Notes: generated by a model from the letters alone, not told the origin. Counted from the first letter of the stretch, positions 1-9,970 are shown. The stretch is DNA of 64,000 bases from an uncultured delta proteobacterium (GCA_963816395.1 CAWFKQ010000005.1:1-64000); one strand, 5' to 3'. Translations and numbers: made by a program.

Positions 1-225
1 ACAGGAAATTTTGGGGCTGCCCAAGGTATCCGAAGTGCAGGGCCACTCTGGTATATAAAGAGCGCGAGTAGGTCTCTGGCACCTTAGATCAGTCGATAGA
101 GGAGCTGACCCAGCGTCTCGGCTGTGCTCATTCAGCGATTTGCTCCCAGAATTTTTCCTTCACATGGTTCACCTCGGAGCGCCAATCCAAGTGAACCCCT
201 TGGATTGGTTCATCGGGGTTTTTCA
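1..225. other. Structured non-coding segment, truncated by the window edge (candidate ncRNA or IS non-coding end)
   Basis: No convincing ORF. Several pairings: 3-16 with about 143-159, GGAGC(101)/GCTCC(142), CCAATCCAAG(182)/CTTGGATTGG(199). Confidence 0.35.
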
Positions 226-417
226 ATTCATACTTTCCCCTCCTTGCAATTCCCTCTTGTTTTAAAATTTTAATTTGTTATAACTAATGCGCAGTAGGCA
301 AAGGGCCTTCCCTGCGCGCACCTCGCCGCGGGAAAGGCTGCTGTTCCTGAGAAAATTGCCGACAGGAAGTGAATGCCGTTACCGATGATAAACAAGGATT
401 TCCCGGGGAGGAAGAGG

Positions 418-1311
418 ATGAAGGAGAAATGTTGCGTCTGGTTGTTGCTGGCTTGGGTCCTTTCGGCGGTATCCGCGACGACGGTGCTGGCCGAGGAAAC
501 GGTTGCTAAACCTGTTCTGGCTGTAAGTGACTGCGGCAAATGCCACGAGCTCCAGCCGTTGGAAATAGCGGCGAAAGGGGCGGCGCATAAAACCCAGATC
601 AATTGCCTGGACTGCCACCAGGGACACCGGCCGGCCGTAGCCAATAACATTCCGAAATGCGGAATGTGTCATTCCGGAGAGGAGCATTTTCAACTGGAGG
701 GATGCACCACCTGCCATAATCCCCATCAGCCGCTGGATGTCGTCTTGAAAGGAAACCTGAAGGCGCCCTGCCTGACCTGTCATGCGGGAGTGGGGGAAGA
801 GCTCTCGACCCACCCGAGTAAACATAACGATCTGGCCTGCAATTTTTGCCATGCCGAGAAGCACGGAGCGATACCCGCATGTTCCCAGTGTCATGAGCCC
901 CACTCCACCCAGATGACCCAGGCCGACTGCCGGAGCTGCCACCAGCCGCATCAGCCGCTGACCCTCGAATACGGGCCGCAGACAGCTTCCGTTCTTTGCG
1001 CCTCCTGCCATGCAGACGTCTCCACCACCCTGGCCGCCAGCAAGGCCAAGCACCGGGACGTCGCCTGCGTCACCTGCCATCAGAGCAAGCATAAAACCAT
1101 TCCCCAGTGTGCCGATTGCCACGGTATGCCGCATCCCGAGACGATGCACCAGATGTTTCCGAAATGCGCCAGTTGCCACCATACGGCCCACGATCTGAAT
1201 AATTGGCCGGAGAAGAAGGAGGGGAAAAAGCTGGAAGAGAAGGCTGGCGCGAAAAAAAACGTCTCTCCGGCCAAGGAACCCCCGAAGAAAGACGCCAGAA
1301 AGGGGAAATAG
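418..1311 (+). CDS. Dodecaheme c-type cytochrome, Sec signal peptide
   Basis: 12 CxxCH motifs counted, in three 4-heme modules. Hydrophobic signal ending VLA-EE. GAGG upstream of ATG 418. Confidence 0.92.
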   Translation: MKEKCCVWLLLAWVLSAVSATTVLAEETVAKPVLAVSDCGKCHELQPLEIAAKGAAHKTQINCLDCHQGHRPAVANNIPKCGMCHSGEEHFQLEGCTTCHNPHQPLDVVLKGNLKAPCLTCHAGVGEELSTHPSKHNDLACNFCHAEKHGAIPACSQCHEPHSTQMTQADCRSCHQPHQPLTLEYGPQTASVLCASCHADVSTTLAASKAKHRDVACVTCHQSKHKTIPQCADCHGMPHPETMHQMFPKCASCHHTAHDLNNWPEKKEGKKLEEKAGAKKNVSPAKEPPKKDARKGK

Positions 1312-1314
1312 GCA

Positions 1315-2306
1315 ATGGCCGGAACAGGGACCGTGCGCTGCGTTTTGGGCTTGGGGTTACTGGCAGCTGGCTTTCTTGCGGCCTGCTCTCTAGCTGGCTC
1401 TGGTGAGTCGGCGGGCCATTCGGCCGGGGTGGCTGCCAGCCGCCCGGCAGCTTCGGTGCAGACTCCCGTTTCCCCTGCCGGGCCCGCCCCCGGAACAACC
1501 CAAGCGGTGGCTCCCTCGCCGCGGCGGCAGTCGCCCATCCGGGCGCTTCGACCTCCGCCGGGTCGCCGGCCGACCTGTATCTTGGTGAACCGAAAAGAAT
1601 GACCCCGGTGGACTGCGGACAATGTCATCCGGACCCTTACCGGAATCTGCAAGCGAGCGGCGGAAGACATAAGTTCGACTGTCAGGATTGCCATCAGATC
1701 ATCCATGCCTACAATCCGGTCAGGGACAACTTTGCCGATCTGATGCCCAAATGCAGCCAATGCCACGCGCTGCCCCACGGGGCCAAGCAGGTCGACTGCC
1801 TTTCCTGCCACAACCCCCATGCCCCAGCCCGTACTCCCGATCTCGCCCAGGTCAGGAATGCCTGCGCCGACTGCCACACTCTGGAGGCCCAGGAACTCAA
1901 TGAATTTCCGAGCAAGCATACCAAGCAGGGTTGCGCCGCCTGCCACCATGAACAGCACGGTTATATTCCAGCCTGTTTTGAATGTCACCAGCCGCATTTC
2001 CCGGACCAGCCTGTGGGGGAGTGCCAGGCCTGTCATCCGGTACACCAGCCGCTGCAGATTCGTTTCACCCCGGAGACCAGCGCTGAAATCTGTGGTGACT
2101 GCCACTCCGGCGTTTACGGCAAATGGGCGAACACCTCAAGCAGGCACCGGCAAGTGAACTGTACCAACTGTCATAGTCGGCATGGGCAGATTCCACAATG
2201 CACCGACTGCCACCAGTCGCCACACCCGCAAAAACAGATGGTCGTGTTCCCCCGGTGTCTTGATTGTCACCTGGATGCCCATGACCTGCCGGTAAAACGA
2301 AAATAG
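1315..2306 (+). CDS. Dodecaheme c-type cytochrome lipoprotein (frameshift about 1500-1560)
   Basis: ORF 1315 has lipobox LAAC and a Pro/Ala linker. Frame of ORF 1599 is open upstream (PADLYLGEPKRMTPVDCGQCH) and has 12 CxxCH. Paralog of the upstream gene. Confidence 0.85.
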
Positions 2307-2371
2307 GAGTTTTCTTGACTCCACCGGCTGGCAGGTTAAGCTTTGTGGAAACTCGAGTGCAGGAGGTCATT

Positions 2372-2890
2372 ATGAATGTCTTTGATTTTGCCATGAAAAT
2401 GGAGATCGATGGCAAGCACTTCTACGAGAAACTTGCCGCCGAGGCGGGAAACCCCGGCCTGCGCAACATCTTTATACGCCTGGCCGAGGATGAGCAAAAA
2501 CATTTCGATATCTTTCAGGCCCTGAAGGGGCAGACTCAGACTACGGCAATGGAAGACACCACCGTTCTTGAGGATTCCCGGAACCTTTTCGAGGAGATCA
2601 TGGAAGACCGGGAATCCATTCTGCGCAACATCCAGGGGGATCTGGAAGGCTATCGTTATGCAATGAAGATCGAGGCCGATAGCGTCCGTCTTTATCAGGA
2701 TGCAGCTCGCAGGGAACAGAATGACGACCTCAAGAACCTGCTCCTGCGTATCGCCGGCGAGGAGGAGAAGCATTTCACGATCATGGAAAATATCTATGAC
2801 TTTTTCAATGCGCCGAATCAATACCTGGCATGGCGCGAATTCAGCAATCTTGATGAATTCAGACAATTCGGGAGGGATGTAGACCTTTGA
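2372..2890 (+). CDS. Rubrerythrin/ferritin-like diiron protein
   Basis: Duplicated AMKxE...Y...LAxxExKH helix pairs (EDEQKH, EEEKH). AGGAGG RBS. Confidence 0.88.
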   Translation: MNVFDFAMKMEIDGKHFYEKLAAEAGNPGLRNIFIRLAEDEQKHFDIFQALKGQTQTTAMEDTTVLEDSRNLFEEIMEDRESILRNIQGDLEGYRYAMKIEADSVRLYQDAARREQNDDLKNLLLRIAGEEEKHFTIMENIYDFFNAPNQYLAWREFSNLDEFRQFGRDVDL

Positions 2891-3052
2891 AAGGTGGCGA
2901 AGCGTCCCTCCCAATCTCATCCATAAAATCGACAAGCCCGGGGATGGTAATATCCAGATTACACGTTTCAAGAGGGTGAGGATATCTTCCGCCGGACCTG
3001 CCTGGAGATGGGTCCGCGATTCTGAAGTAGCAGAAGAGAAGAAAGCCCAATG

Positions 3053-3092
3053 AGCGGCCCGGTTCCTGGAGAGGGAATCGGGCCGCTTTTTT
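3053..3092 (+). terminator. Intrinsic terminator
   Basis: AGCGGCCCGGTTCC...GGAATCGGGCCGCT stem followed by a T run, between convergent genes. Confidence 0.8.
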
Positions 3093-3100
3093 GCGTCTGA

Positions 3101-3847
3101 TCAGTGCAGGCGGGCCTCGACTCTCTCACGGGCAGATTCGATCGCGGATTCGGCAGTTTTAGCTGCGCGCTGCACCTGTTCACGGGTCGTTTCCCTGACC
3201 TGCTGCTGGAGTTCTTCACCTGCTTCCCCCAGCCACTCGGCTTCAGGACGGGAAATCGGCAGGGCAGTTCCCAGCCCTGCGCCTACGGCCATGCCTAGTG
3301 CGCCCAGAACCAGGGGCTGCTCCTGAAACACGTAAGCCAGCCCGTTACCCAGGCGTGTCGCGGTCTGCCTGACTACCTCCCCAGCATCGGCGATCCTGGC
3401 GCGTGCATCGCGGGCACGGAGCCTCTCGATTTTTTCTCGGGCCCACTTCCGCCGCTCCGTCACCGAGCTTTCCTTGTGGTGCCCTCTCTTGGTGCCGCCG
3501 GTGCTTTGGGGAAGTGATTTGCGCCGCCATTTCTCCCCTGCCGCCCGGGCTTCCGGCCGGCCGCCGGCCACCGCCAGAATAAACCAGGTCAACCCCAGGC
3601 CGGTCATGATGACAGGTACGGGGTTTTCCCGGACTGCCCGGCCGAAATCGGCCGCATACCTGCCGGGGAACTCGCCGAGAAAATGCAGCAGGCGATCAAG
3701 CATTTCCCCGGTGGATAACCGTCGCTCAATTGCTTCCAATGTCGTATTCATCTCAGACCGAATCTGTGCGATCTCTTCCGCCAGTTCATCGGTGTCCTTC
3801 TCTTCCAGATGCTCTGAGCGTTCCGATGGACGTTGTTCCTCATTCAT
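3101..3847 (-). CDS. DUF3618-like membrane protein (general stress-type)
   Basis: ELAEEIAQIRSEMNTTLEAIERRLS N-terminus, ENPVPVIMTGLGLTW and EQPLVLGALGMAVGAGLG hydrophobic segments. Confidence 0.7.
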   Translation of the reverse strand: MNEEQRPSERSEHLEEKDTDELAEEIAQIRSEMNTTLEAIERRLSTGEMLDRLLHFLGEFPGRYAADFGRAVRENPVPVIMTGLGLTWFILAVAGGRPEARAAGEKWRRKSLPQSTGGTKRGHHKESSVTERRKWAREKIERLRARDARARIADAGEVVRQTATRLGNGLAYVFQEQPLVLGALGMAVGAGLGTALPISRPEAEWLGEAGEELQQQVRETTREQVQRAAKTAESAIESARERVEARLH

Positions 3848-3924
3848 CGCAAGTCTCCTCAAAAATGTTACTTCCGGGGCATCCTGGGAATGAAGTTCCG
3901 GGTTAGAAATATGGGTTTCACTGC

Positions 3925-4419
3925 TCAGTGAAATGTGCCATGAGGACCAACCACCGGCGGTGCGGTTTCCTTCCGGTTTGCCGCGGCAGCGCTTTTCAGC
4001 AGTCGGGTGAGGAAAAAACCGCCGACGACAGCCCCAGTGAACCAAATCGCCGGTCGCCGGTTGGCGTAGTTGCGCATCTCGAAAAAAAGGGTTTCCACGT
4101 CTCGCTCGCGCAAAGAAGAGGACAGGCGACTGATTTTTTCTGCCGACCGCTGCAGGAATCGTGCTGTCGACGGGTGTTCCTTATTCTGCAGTTGCCGAGC
4201 GGAGTCCTGCAGGACTCCGGCGAGATCTTCCATCACCCCAGAAGTCTTGTTTTTCTGGTCGGTAAAGAGCTTCTTCCCACGGGCCACGGCGTCCTGGAAA
4301 ATGCGGCTGGTTGTTTCTTTCGCTGCCGTTTTGTTTGATTCCGAGCTGATTCGCTCCTGTCCAGAAAGGGCGGGCCCCTTTCCCGAGCCTTCGTTTCCCT
4401 CATCCATATTCAACTCCAT
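3925..4419 (-). CDS. Hypothetical ElaB/DUF883-like tail-anchored protein
   Basis: Helical body ending in YANRRPAIWFTGAVVGGFFLTRLLK. Confidence 0.6.
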   Translation of the reverse strand: MELNMDEGNEGSGKGPALSGQERISSESNKTAAKETTSRIFQDAVARGKKLFTDQKNKTSGVMEDLAGVLQDSARQLQNKEHPSTARFLQRSAEKISRLSSSLRERDVETLFFEMRNYANRRPAIWFTGAVVGGFFLTRLLKSAAAANRKETAPPVVGPHGTFH

Positions 4420-4636
4420 TCACAGCGCGTGGACGTTCTCCACTTCATTAATCATCAGGTCGGATAAAGAAATTCAGTCATTTGTCAAACACTTACCATT
4501 GATCCGGAGGGAGTCAAGGCCGCTGGATAAACGCTTGAGGAACCCTGAGGGGAATTTGGTAATTAAAATGTGGGGCTTGACTTTAGGTGGTTTTAAATTA
4601 AAAAAAATATAATTAAACTTTTGTATGGGGGGACAG

Positions 4637-6510
4637 ATGATAATTCGTTTGAGCCTGCTGGCCATTGCAGTATTGGTGCTGCCGTCCCTGGCTGTCGCCG
4701 GCAAAAAGGATGATCAGCAACAGCCGGCCTTGATGGTAGATCAGTCGGCTTACGACTTCGGGACGGTTCCGATCGGAGCCACAGGTAACCATGATTTTCG
4801 CCTGGAAAATGCCGGCGCTGCCGACCTTCACCTGTTCTCGGTGACCAGGGAGGGAAGCAGCGCCTTCTTTACCGTTGACCCAGGCGATTGTCCGGATCGC
4901 CTGGCGCCAAAGGAAAGCTGCCGGGTGCAGGTGGCGTTTGCGCCGCTGGCGGCTGGCAGCTGGGATGCCCAAATGGTCATCCGTTCCGATGATCCGGAGC
5001 ACCCAGCGCTCGCGCTACCTCTGACTGGCGCAACCGCGGTAAGCGGCACCTCGGCGATTACCCTGCAACCCCCTGGCGTCGACTTCGGCCGGATAACGGT
5101 CGGGGATACGGCCGAGCGGCAGATGGAAATCACGAATCAGGGGACTGGGGACCTGATGGTGCTCCGGGTGGCTGAGACCGATTCCCTGCAGCCGCCGTTC
5201 TCCCTGGTCGAAAACGGCTGCGCCGGAAGCAGGCTGCAAGCTGGGGACAGCTGTTTCCTGACCGTCCATTTTGCACCTTCGACGGGTGGTTCATTTCAGG
5301 ATACCTTCGCGATCGTTTCCGATGACCCACAGAATCCCGTCTTGACCGCCGAAGTCAGTCGGCGAGGGAGAGTCGGAGCCTCTGCCTCAGATCAAAGTCT
5401 CGCCGCCGGTGGTCGAGTGCCCCGAAATTACCGTTGATGAATCAGTCGAGGTCCAGATCGCTATTGAAAACGTCGGCACCAGCGAACTGCTAATCGGGAC
5501 CCTCACCGAACCTGCTCCCCCCTTCGTGCTGGAAGACAGCTGCTCCGCAACACGGTTGGAGCCAGGGCAGAAATGTCTTCTGCCGGTGCGGTTTTCCCCG
5601 TCCGAACCCGGCACTTACAGAGATAGTTTGGTCATTCCCTCGAATGATCCGGGACAATCGGCGGTCACCGTGAATCTTCTGGGAACGGCTTTGGCCGCCA
5701 CGGTCACGGAGGGACCTGATATCCTGGTGACGGACAACGTGGCGCCAGGGAACGATCGGAACATACCTTTTGACGCCGTCCCTCTGGGAGCCGCCAAACG
5801 CAAGGTGATAATGATCAGTAATCGCGGCACTGGCGAACTGCAGCTGGGGCGGATTGGCACCGCCCGGCCTTTGGCGACTCCCTTCGCCATCGAAGCGGAC
5901 AACTGCTCGGAGAAGCTGTTGCGGCCCTTCGGCGCATGTTCCCTCGAGGTTACCTTCACCCCCGCGATAACCGGCGAATTCAACAGACGAATTTGATATA
6001 TCCTCCAATGACCTCGATGAAAGTGAGATCCTTTTCGCCGTCAGCGGCAGCGGTACGCCGGCTTCCGGCGAATTCCCGGCGCCGCGCCTGATACATCCGG
6101 AAGATGGCCAGGATAATCTGAAAGACAGCGTCCTTTTCCGCTGGTACAACTGCCGGGATATGGCGGGGCATCTGCCCACTTATCGGCTCTACACCAGTCT
6201 GGACCCGGCATTCCCCGGCAGCCAGCCGCGGCTGGCGGGCAAGACCGCCTTGCGCCTGGGATTCGGTGGCGGGGCGATCCTGTTCCTGCTGCTGGGGTAT
6301 ACCCGTCACGGCTGGAGACGTTCGATGTGGTTGCTGGTGCTGCTGGCAGTGGTCTGCCTGGCCGCCGCCTGCAGTGAGGACATCGAGGACAGCTCGTCCA
6401 CCAGCGTCGGCAGCCTGCAAAGCGGACAAACCTACTACTGGAAGGTGGTTGCCGACTACGGGGACGGCATCGAAGCGACCAGCAAAACCCGCTCTTTCAG
6501 CGTCCGCTGA
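4637..6510 (+). CDS. Secreted protein with four ASH/choice-of-anchor-D Ig-like repeats and a split Fn3-like C-terminus (frameshifts about 5360 and 5984)
   Basis: Signal peptide. Repeats of DFG..xN.G..L...F....C...L...C.V.F.P...G...I.SxD. Three ORFs join seamlessly after removing one base at each site (EVS/GEGE, GEFN/DEFDISSND), giving about 620 aa. Confidence 0.8.
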
Positions 6511-6588
6511 GCCGTCAACTGACCCACCCGCTGGTAAAACCAGAGGTCGGCGGTAGGATTAAAGAAAGTCGGGACAGGCGGGATTTGC

Positions 6589-9144
6589 ATGGGACTGGAT
6601 AAGTACCGGCGTAAACGTGATTTCCAGCGGACCCCGGAGCCGGAAGGGGAAGGTGAGGGGAAGACTGGAGGACGGCTGTATGTCATCCAGAAGCATGCCG
6701 CTCGCAACCTCCATTACGATCTGCGGCTGGAATGGGGAGGTGTCCTGAAGAGCTGGGCGGTCCCTAAGGGGCCCAGTCTGGACCCGGCGCAGAAACGGCT
6801 GGCGGTGCATGTGGAGGACCATCCGGTCGATTACGGCAGTTTCGAAGGGATCATCCCGGAAGGGGAGTACGGAGGCGGTACCGTTCTCCTTTGGGACCGG
6901 GGAGAATGGGAGCCCGAGGGGGATCCGGAAAAAGCATACCGGCGGGGCCGGCTGTCCTTTCGCCTGCATGGGGAAAAGCTGCGCGGCGGCTGGACTTTGG
7001 CCAGAATGGGGGGGAAGGCGGCGGCCGAGGGAGATCACTGGCTGCTGGTCAAGCGGGCCGATGCGGATGCCCGTCCCGGCGATGATGGCGGCTTCCTGGA
7101 AGAGCACCCCCGCAGCGCTGCCAGCGGCCGATCCCTGGAGGAGATCGCCGCCGCCCGCGATCAGGTCTGGCAGAATGGGGAGGCGGTAGCCGCCGCCGGG
7201 GAACCCCTTGACCCGGGGGCATTAACAGGAGCGCGGAAATCAGAGCAGCCTGAAATGGTCGCCCCGCAGCTGGCACGGCTGGTTTCGCAGGTCCCCCGGG
7301 GCGAGGACTGGCTGCACGAGATCAAGTTCGACGGCTATCGCCTGATCGGTGCCTTGAAGGATGGCACCGCCCGGCTCTGGACTCGCCATGGCCAGGACTG
7401 GACGGAGCGTTTCTCCCCCGTCGCCCACGCCGTATCCGTCCTGCCGGTACGCCAAGCGATCCTTGACGGGGAAATCGTCGTGCTCAATTCCCAGGGCCTC
7501 TCCGATTTTCAGGCTCTGCAGAATGTTCTCAAAGGCCAGGGAACGGGGCAACTGGTCTATTACCTTTTCGACCTGATCCACTGCCAGGGATATGACCTCT
7601 CCCGCACCCCCCTGATTGAGCGCAAGGAGTTGCTGCGGCAACTGTTGGCTCCTCTCGACCCTTCTGCGGCGGTACTGCTGCGCTACAGCGACCATATCCG
7701 GGGGGAGGGAGAGCGGGTATATCGACACGCCTGCCGCTTCGCCCTGGAGGGGATTGTCAGCAAGAGGGCCGACAGTCCGTATCAGTCGAAGCGCTCGGGC
7801 AACTGGCTGAAGGTCAAATGCCTGCAGCGCCAGGAATTCATCATCGGCGGCTATTCCGAACCGGCCGGGAGCCGCACCGGGTTCGGCGCTCTGCTGGTCG
7901 GCTATTACGACGAGCGGAGGGAACTGGTTTTCGCCGGCAAAGTGGGAACCGGTTTCAATGATCGGACCCTGGATTCCCTGGCGGGGGAACTGCGCCAGCC
8001 GGGATTCTGCCGCAACCCCCTTTCAGCAATCCGCCGCGCGGCCGGGAGGCGCGTGAGGTGCATTGGGTCCGGCCGGAGTTGGTGGCCGAGGTCGAATTCA
8101 GCGAATGGACCCAGGACGGACGCCTGCGCCATCCTTCCTTCAAGGGATTGCGGGAGGACAGACCGGCTGCTGAAATCGGGCGCGAGCTGCCGCAGCCGTT
8201 TCCGGCGACCGGTGAACCGACGGAGGTGCCGGCGACGAACCGGGAGAATGGACCCGTGGCAATTGCCGGAGTGACGATCTCCAACCCCGAGCGGATCATG
8301 TATCCGGAACAGGGGGTAACAAAGCTGGAATTGGCCCGCTATTACGAGAAGGTGGGCGAACGGATGCTGCCCTTTCTGGCGGGACGGCCCCTGACCGTTG
8401 TGCGCTGCCCGCAGGGTAGCCAGAAGAAATGCTTCTTCCAGAAGCATCTGAACGAGAGCGTGCCGCCGCCCGTGCGGGGGGTGCCGATACGGGAAAAAGA
8501 GGGAGAAGGTTTGTACCTGGTAATCGATGATTTGCCCGGGCTGATTGCCCTGGTGCAGCTCGGGGTGCTTGAATTTCATCCCTGGGGAAGCCGCGAGGAC
8601 CGACTCGACCGTCCCGACATGGTCACCTTCGATCTCGATCCCGATCCCGCCGTAGCCTGGGAGGATACGATTTACGGTGCCCGCCGGTTGCATGACCGCC
8701 TCGGCGAAATAGGGCTGCAAAGCTTTGTCAAGACTTCCGGCGGCAAGGGGCTGCACGTGGTCGTGCCCTTGACCAGGCGGTCGGACTGGGAGGAAGCCAA
8801 GGAGTTTACCCGGGCGGTGGCCGAGGACATTGCCCGCGGCGACCCCGGCCGTTACGTGACCACCATGACCAAGGCCCGGCGCAGGGGAAAGATCTTCATC
8901 GATTTCTTCCGCAACAGCCGGGGCTCGACCAGCATCGCCCCGTACAGCACCCGGGCCAGGCCCGGAGCGCCAATTTCGACGCCGCTGCGTTGGGACGAGC
9001 TGTCCCCCGATGTGGGGCCGGCCGACTTCACCATTGAAAATCTGCCGCGGCGTCTGGGGCAGCTGAAAAGGGATCCATGGGAGGGGTTTTTTCGATCTGC
9101 GGCAGTCGATCACCAGGAACATGCACCGCGAACTCGGATTTTAA
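6589..9144 (+). CDS. ligD: DNA ligase D (phosphoesterase-ligase-polymerase), frameshifts about 8000-8020 and 9090
   Basis: PE motifs IQKHAAR.LHYDLRLE and KSWAVPKGP; ligase HEIKFDGYR, EGIVSKR, WLKVK; polymerase FDLDP, KTSGGKGLHV, APYS.R. Confidence 0.92.
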
Positions 9145-9163
9145 CCGCCGGGAGGTGAAGTTT

Positions 9164-9970
9164 ATGGCGCCAAGGCACGAAATCGCATCCAAACTGCAAG
9201 GCGAAACCCTTGTCCGCAAGGGACTGATGCACAAGCACAAGGGAATCACTCCGCTGCGGCTTGTTCCCGACCTCAACGTGGTCAAGATCGGCGGCCATGG
9301 CATCATCGATTACGGCCGGGAGGTCGTCCTGCCGCTCATGGAGGAGCTTGGTGCGCTGTCGAAAAAATACAAGCTGCTGGTCGTCACCGGCGGCGGAGTG
9401 CGGGTCAGGCACATCCTCGACATCGGCATCGACCTCGGTATGCCGACGGGGGTACTGGCCGAACTGGCGAGCAAGATCAGCGAGCAGAACGCTGAGATCG
9501 TCACCCTGCTCCTCTCCCAGTGGGGGGGCTCCCGGGTGAAGACCGCCGATCTGCTCGACCTGCCGACCCTGCTCCATCTCGGCCTGTTGCCGGTCATTCA
9601 CGGCACGCCGCCTTACGGTCTTTACGAGCATCCACCGGAGAGCGGACTCATCCCTCCGCATCGCACCGATACCGGCGCCCTGCTTATGGCTGAAGTTCTC
9701 GGTGCCAGGAGCTGCATACTGGTCAAAAATGTCGACGGGCTGTTCACCGAAGATCCCCGGGTCAATCCCCAGGCGGAGTTGATCGAGGAGATCAGCGTCC
9801 AGGAATTGATCGGGATGGATATGGAGGATCTGGTGCTGGAGCGCAAGATGCTCTACCTGTTACGCGACATGGTCAACGTCCGGGAGATCCGGATCGTCAA
9901 CGGCCACAAGCGCGGCACCATCGAAAAGGCCATCGCCGGCGCCCGGGGCGGCACGGTGATCAGGGCCTAA
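9164..9970 (+). CDS. Molybdenum storage protein subunit-like (amino-acid kinase/UMP-kinase fold)
   Basis: VVKIGGHGIIDYG, TGGGVRVRH, GMPTGVLA, IPPHRTDTGA and KNVDGLFT.DP motifs match MoSto subunits. GGAGGTG RBS. Confidence 0.78.
   Translation: MAPRHEIASKLQGETLVRKGLMHKHKGITPLRLVPDLNVVKIGGHGIIDYGREVVLPLMEELGALSKKYKLLVVTGGGVRVRHILDIGIDLGMPTGVLAELASKISEQNAEIVTLLLSQWGGSRVKTADLLDLPTLLHLGLLPVIHGTPPYGLYEHPPESGLIPPHRTDTGALLMAEVLGARSCILVKNVDGLFTEDPRVNPQAELIEEISVQELIGMDMEDLVLERKMLYLLRDMVNVREIRIVNGHKRGTIEKAIAGARGGTVIRA

Noticed and set aside
1..165. Minus-strand GAGGTG-ATG-TGA followed by an open frame (possible selenoprotein)
   Set aside because: Sec at codon 2 is implausible, the downstream translation is not protein-like, and no clear SECIS was seen.
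285..417. Cyclic dinucleotide (GEMM-I) riboswitch upstream of the cytochromes
   Set aside because: A hairpin and GGCAAA are present, but the GNRA-capped stem and GACGCAAAG-type junction are missing.
9164..9970. Uridylate kinase pyrH
   Set aside because: Lacks KLSGE and the tsf-frr context; motifs fit molybdenum storage protein subunits better.
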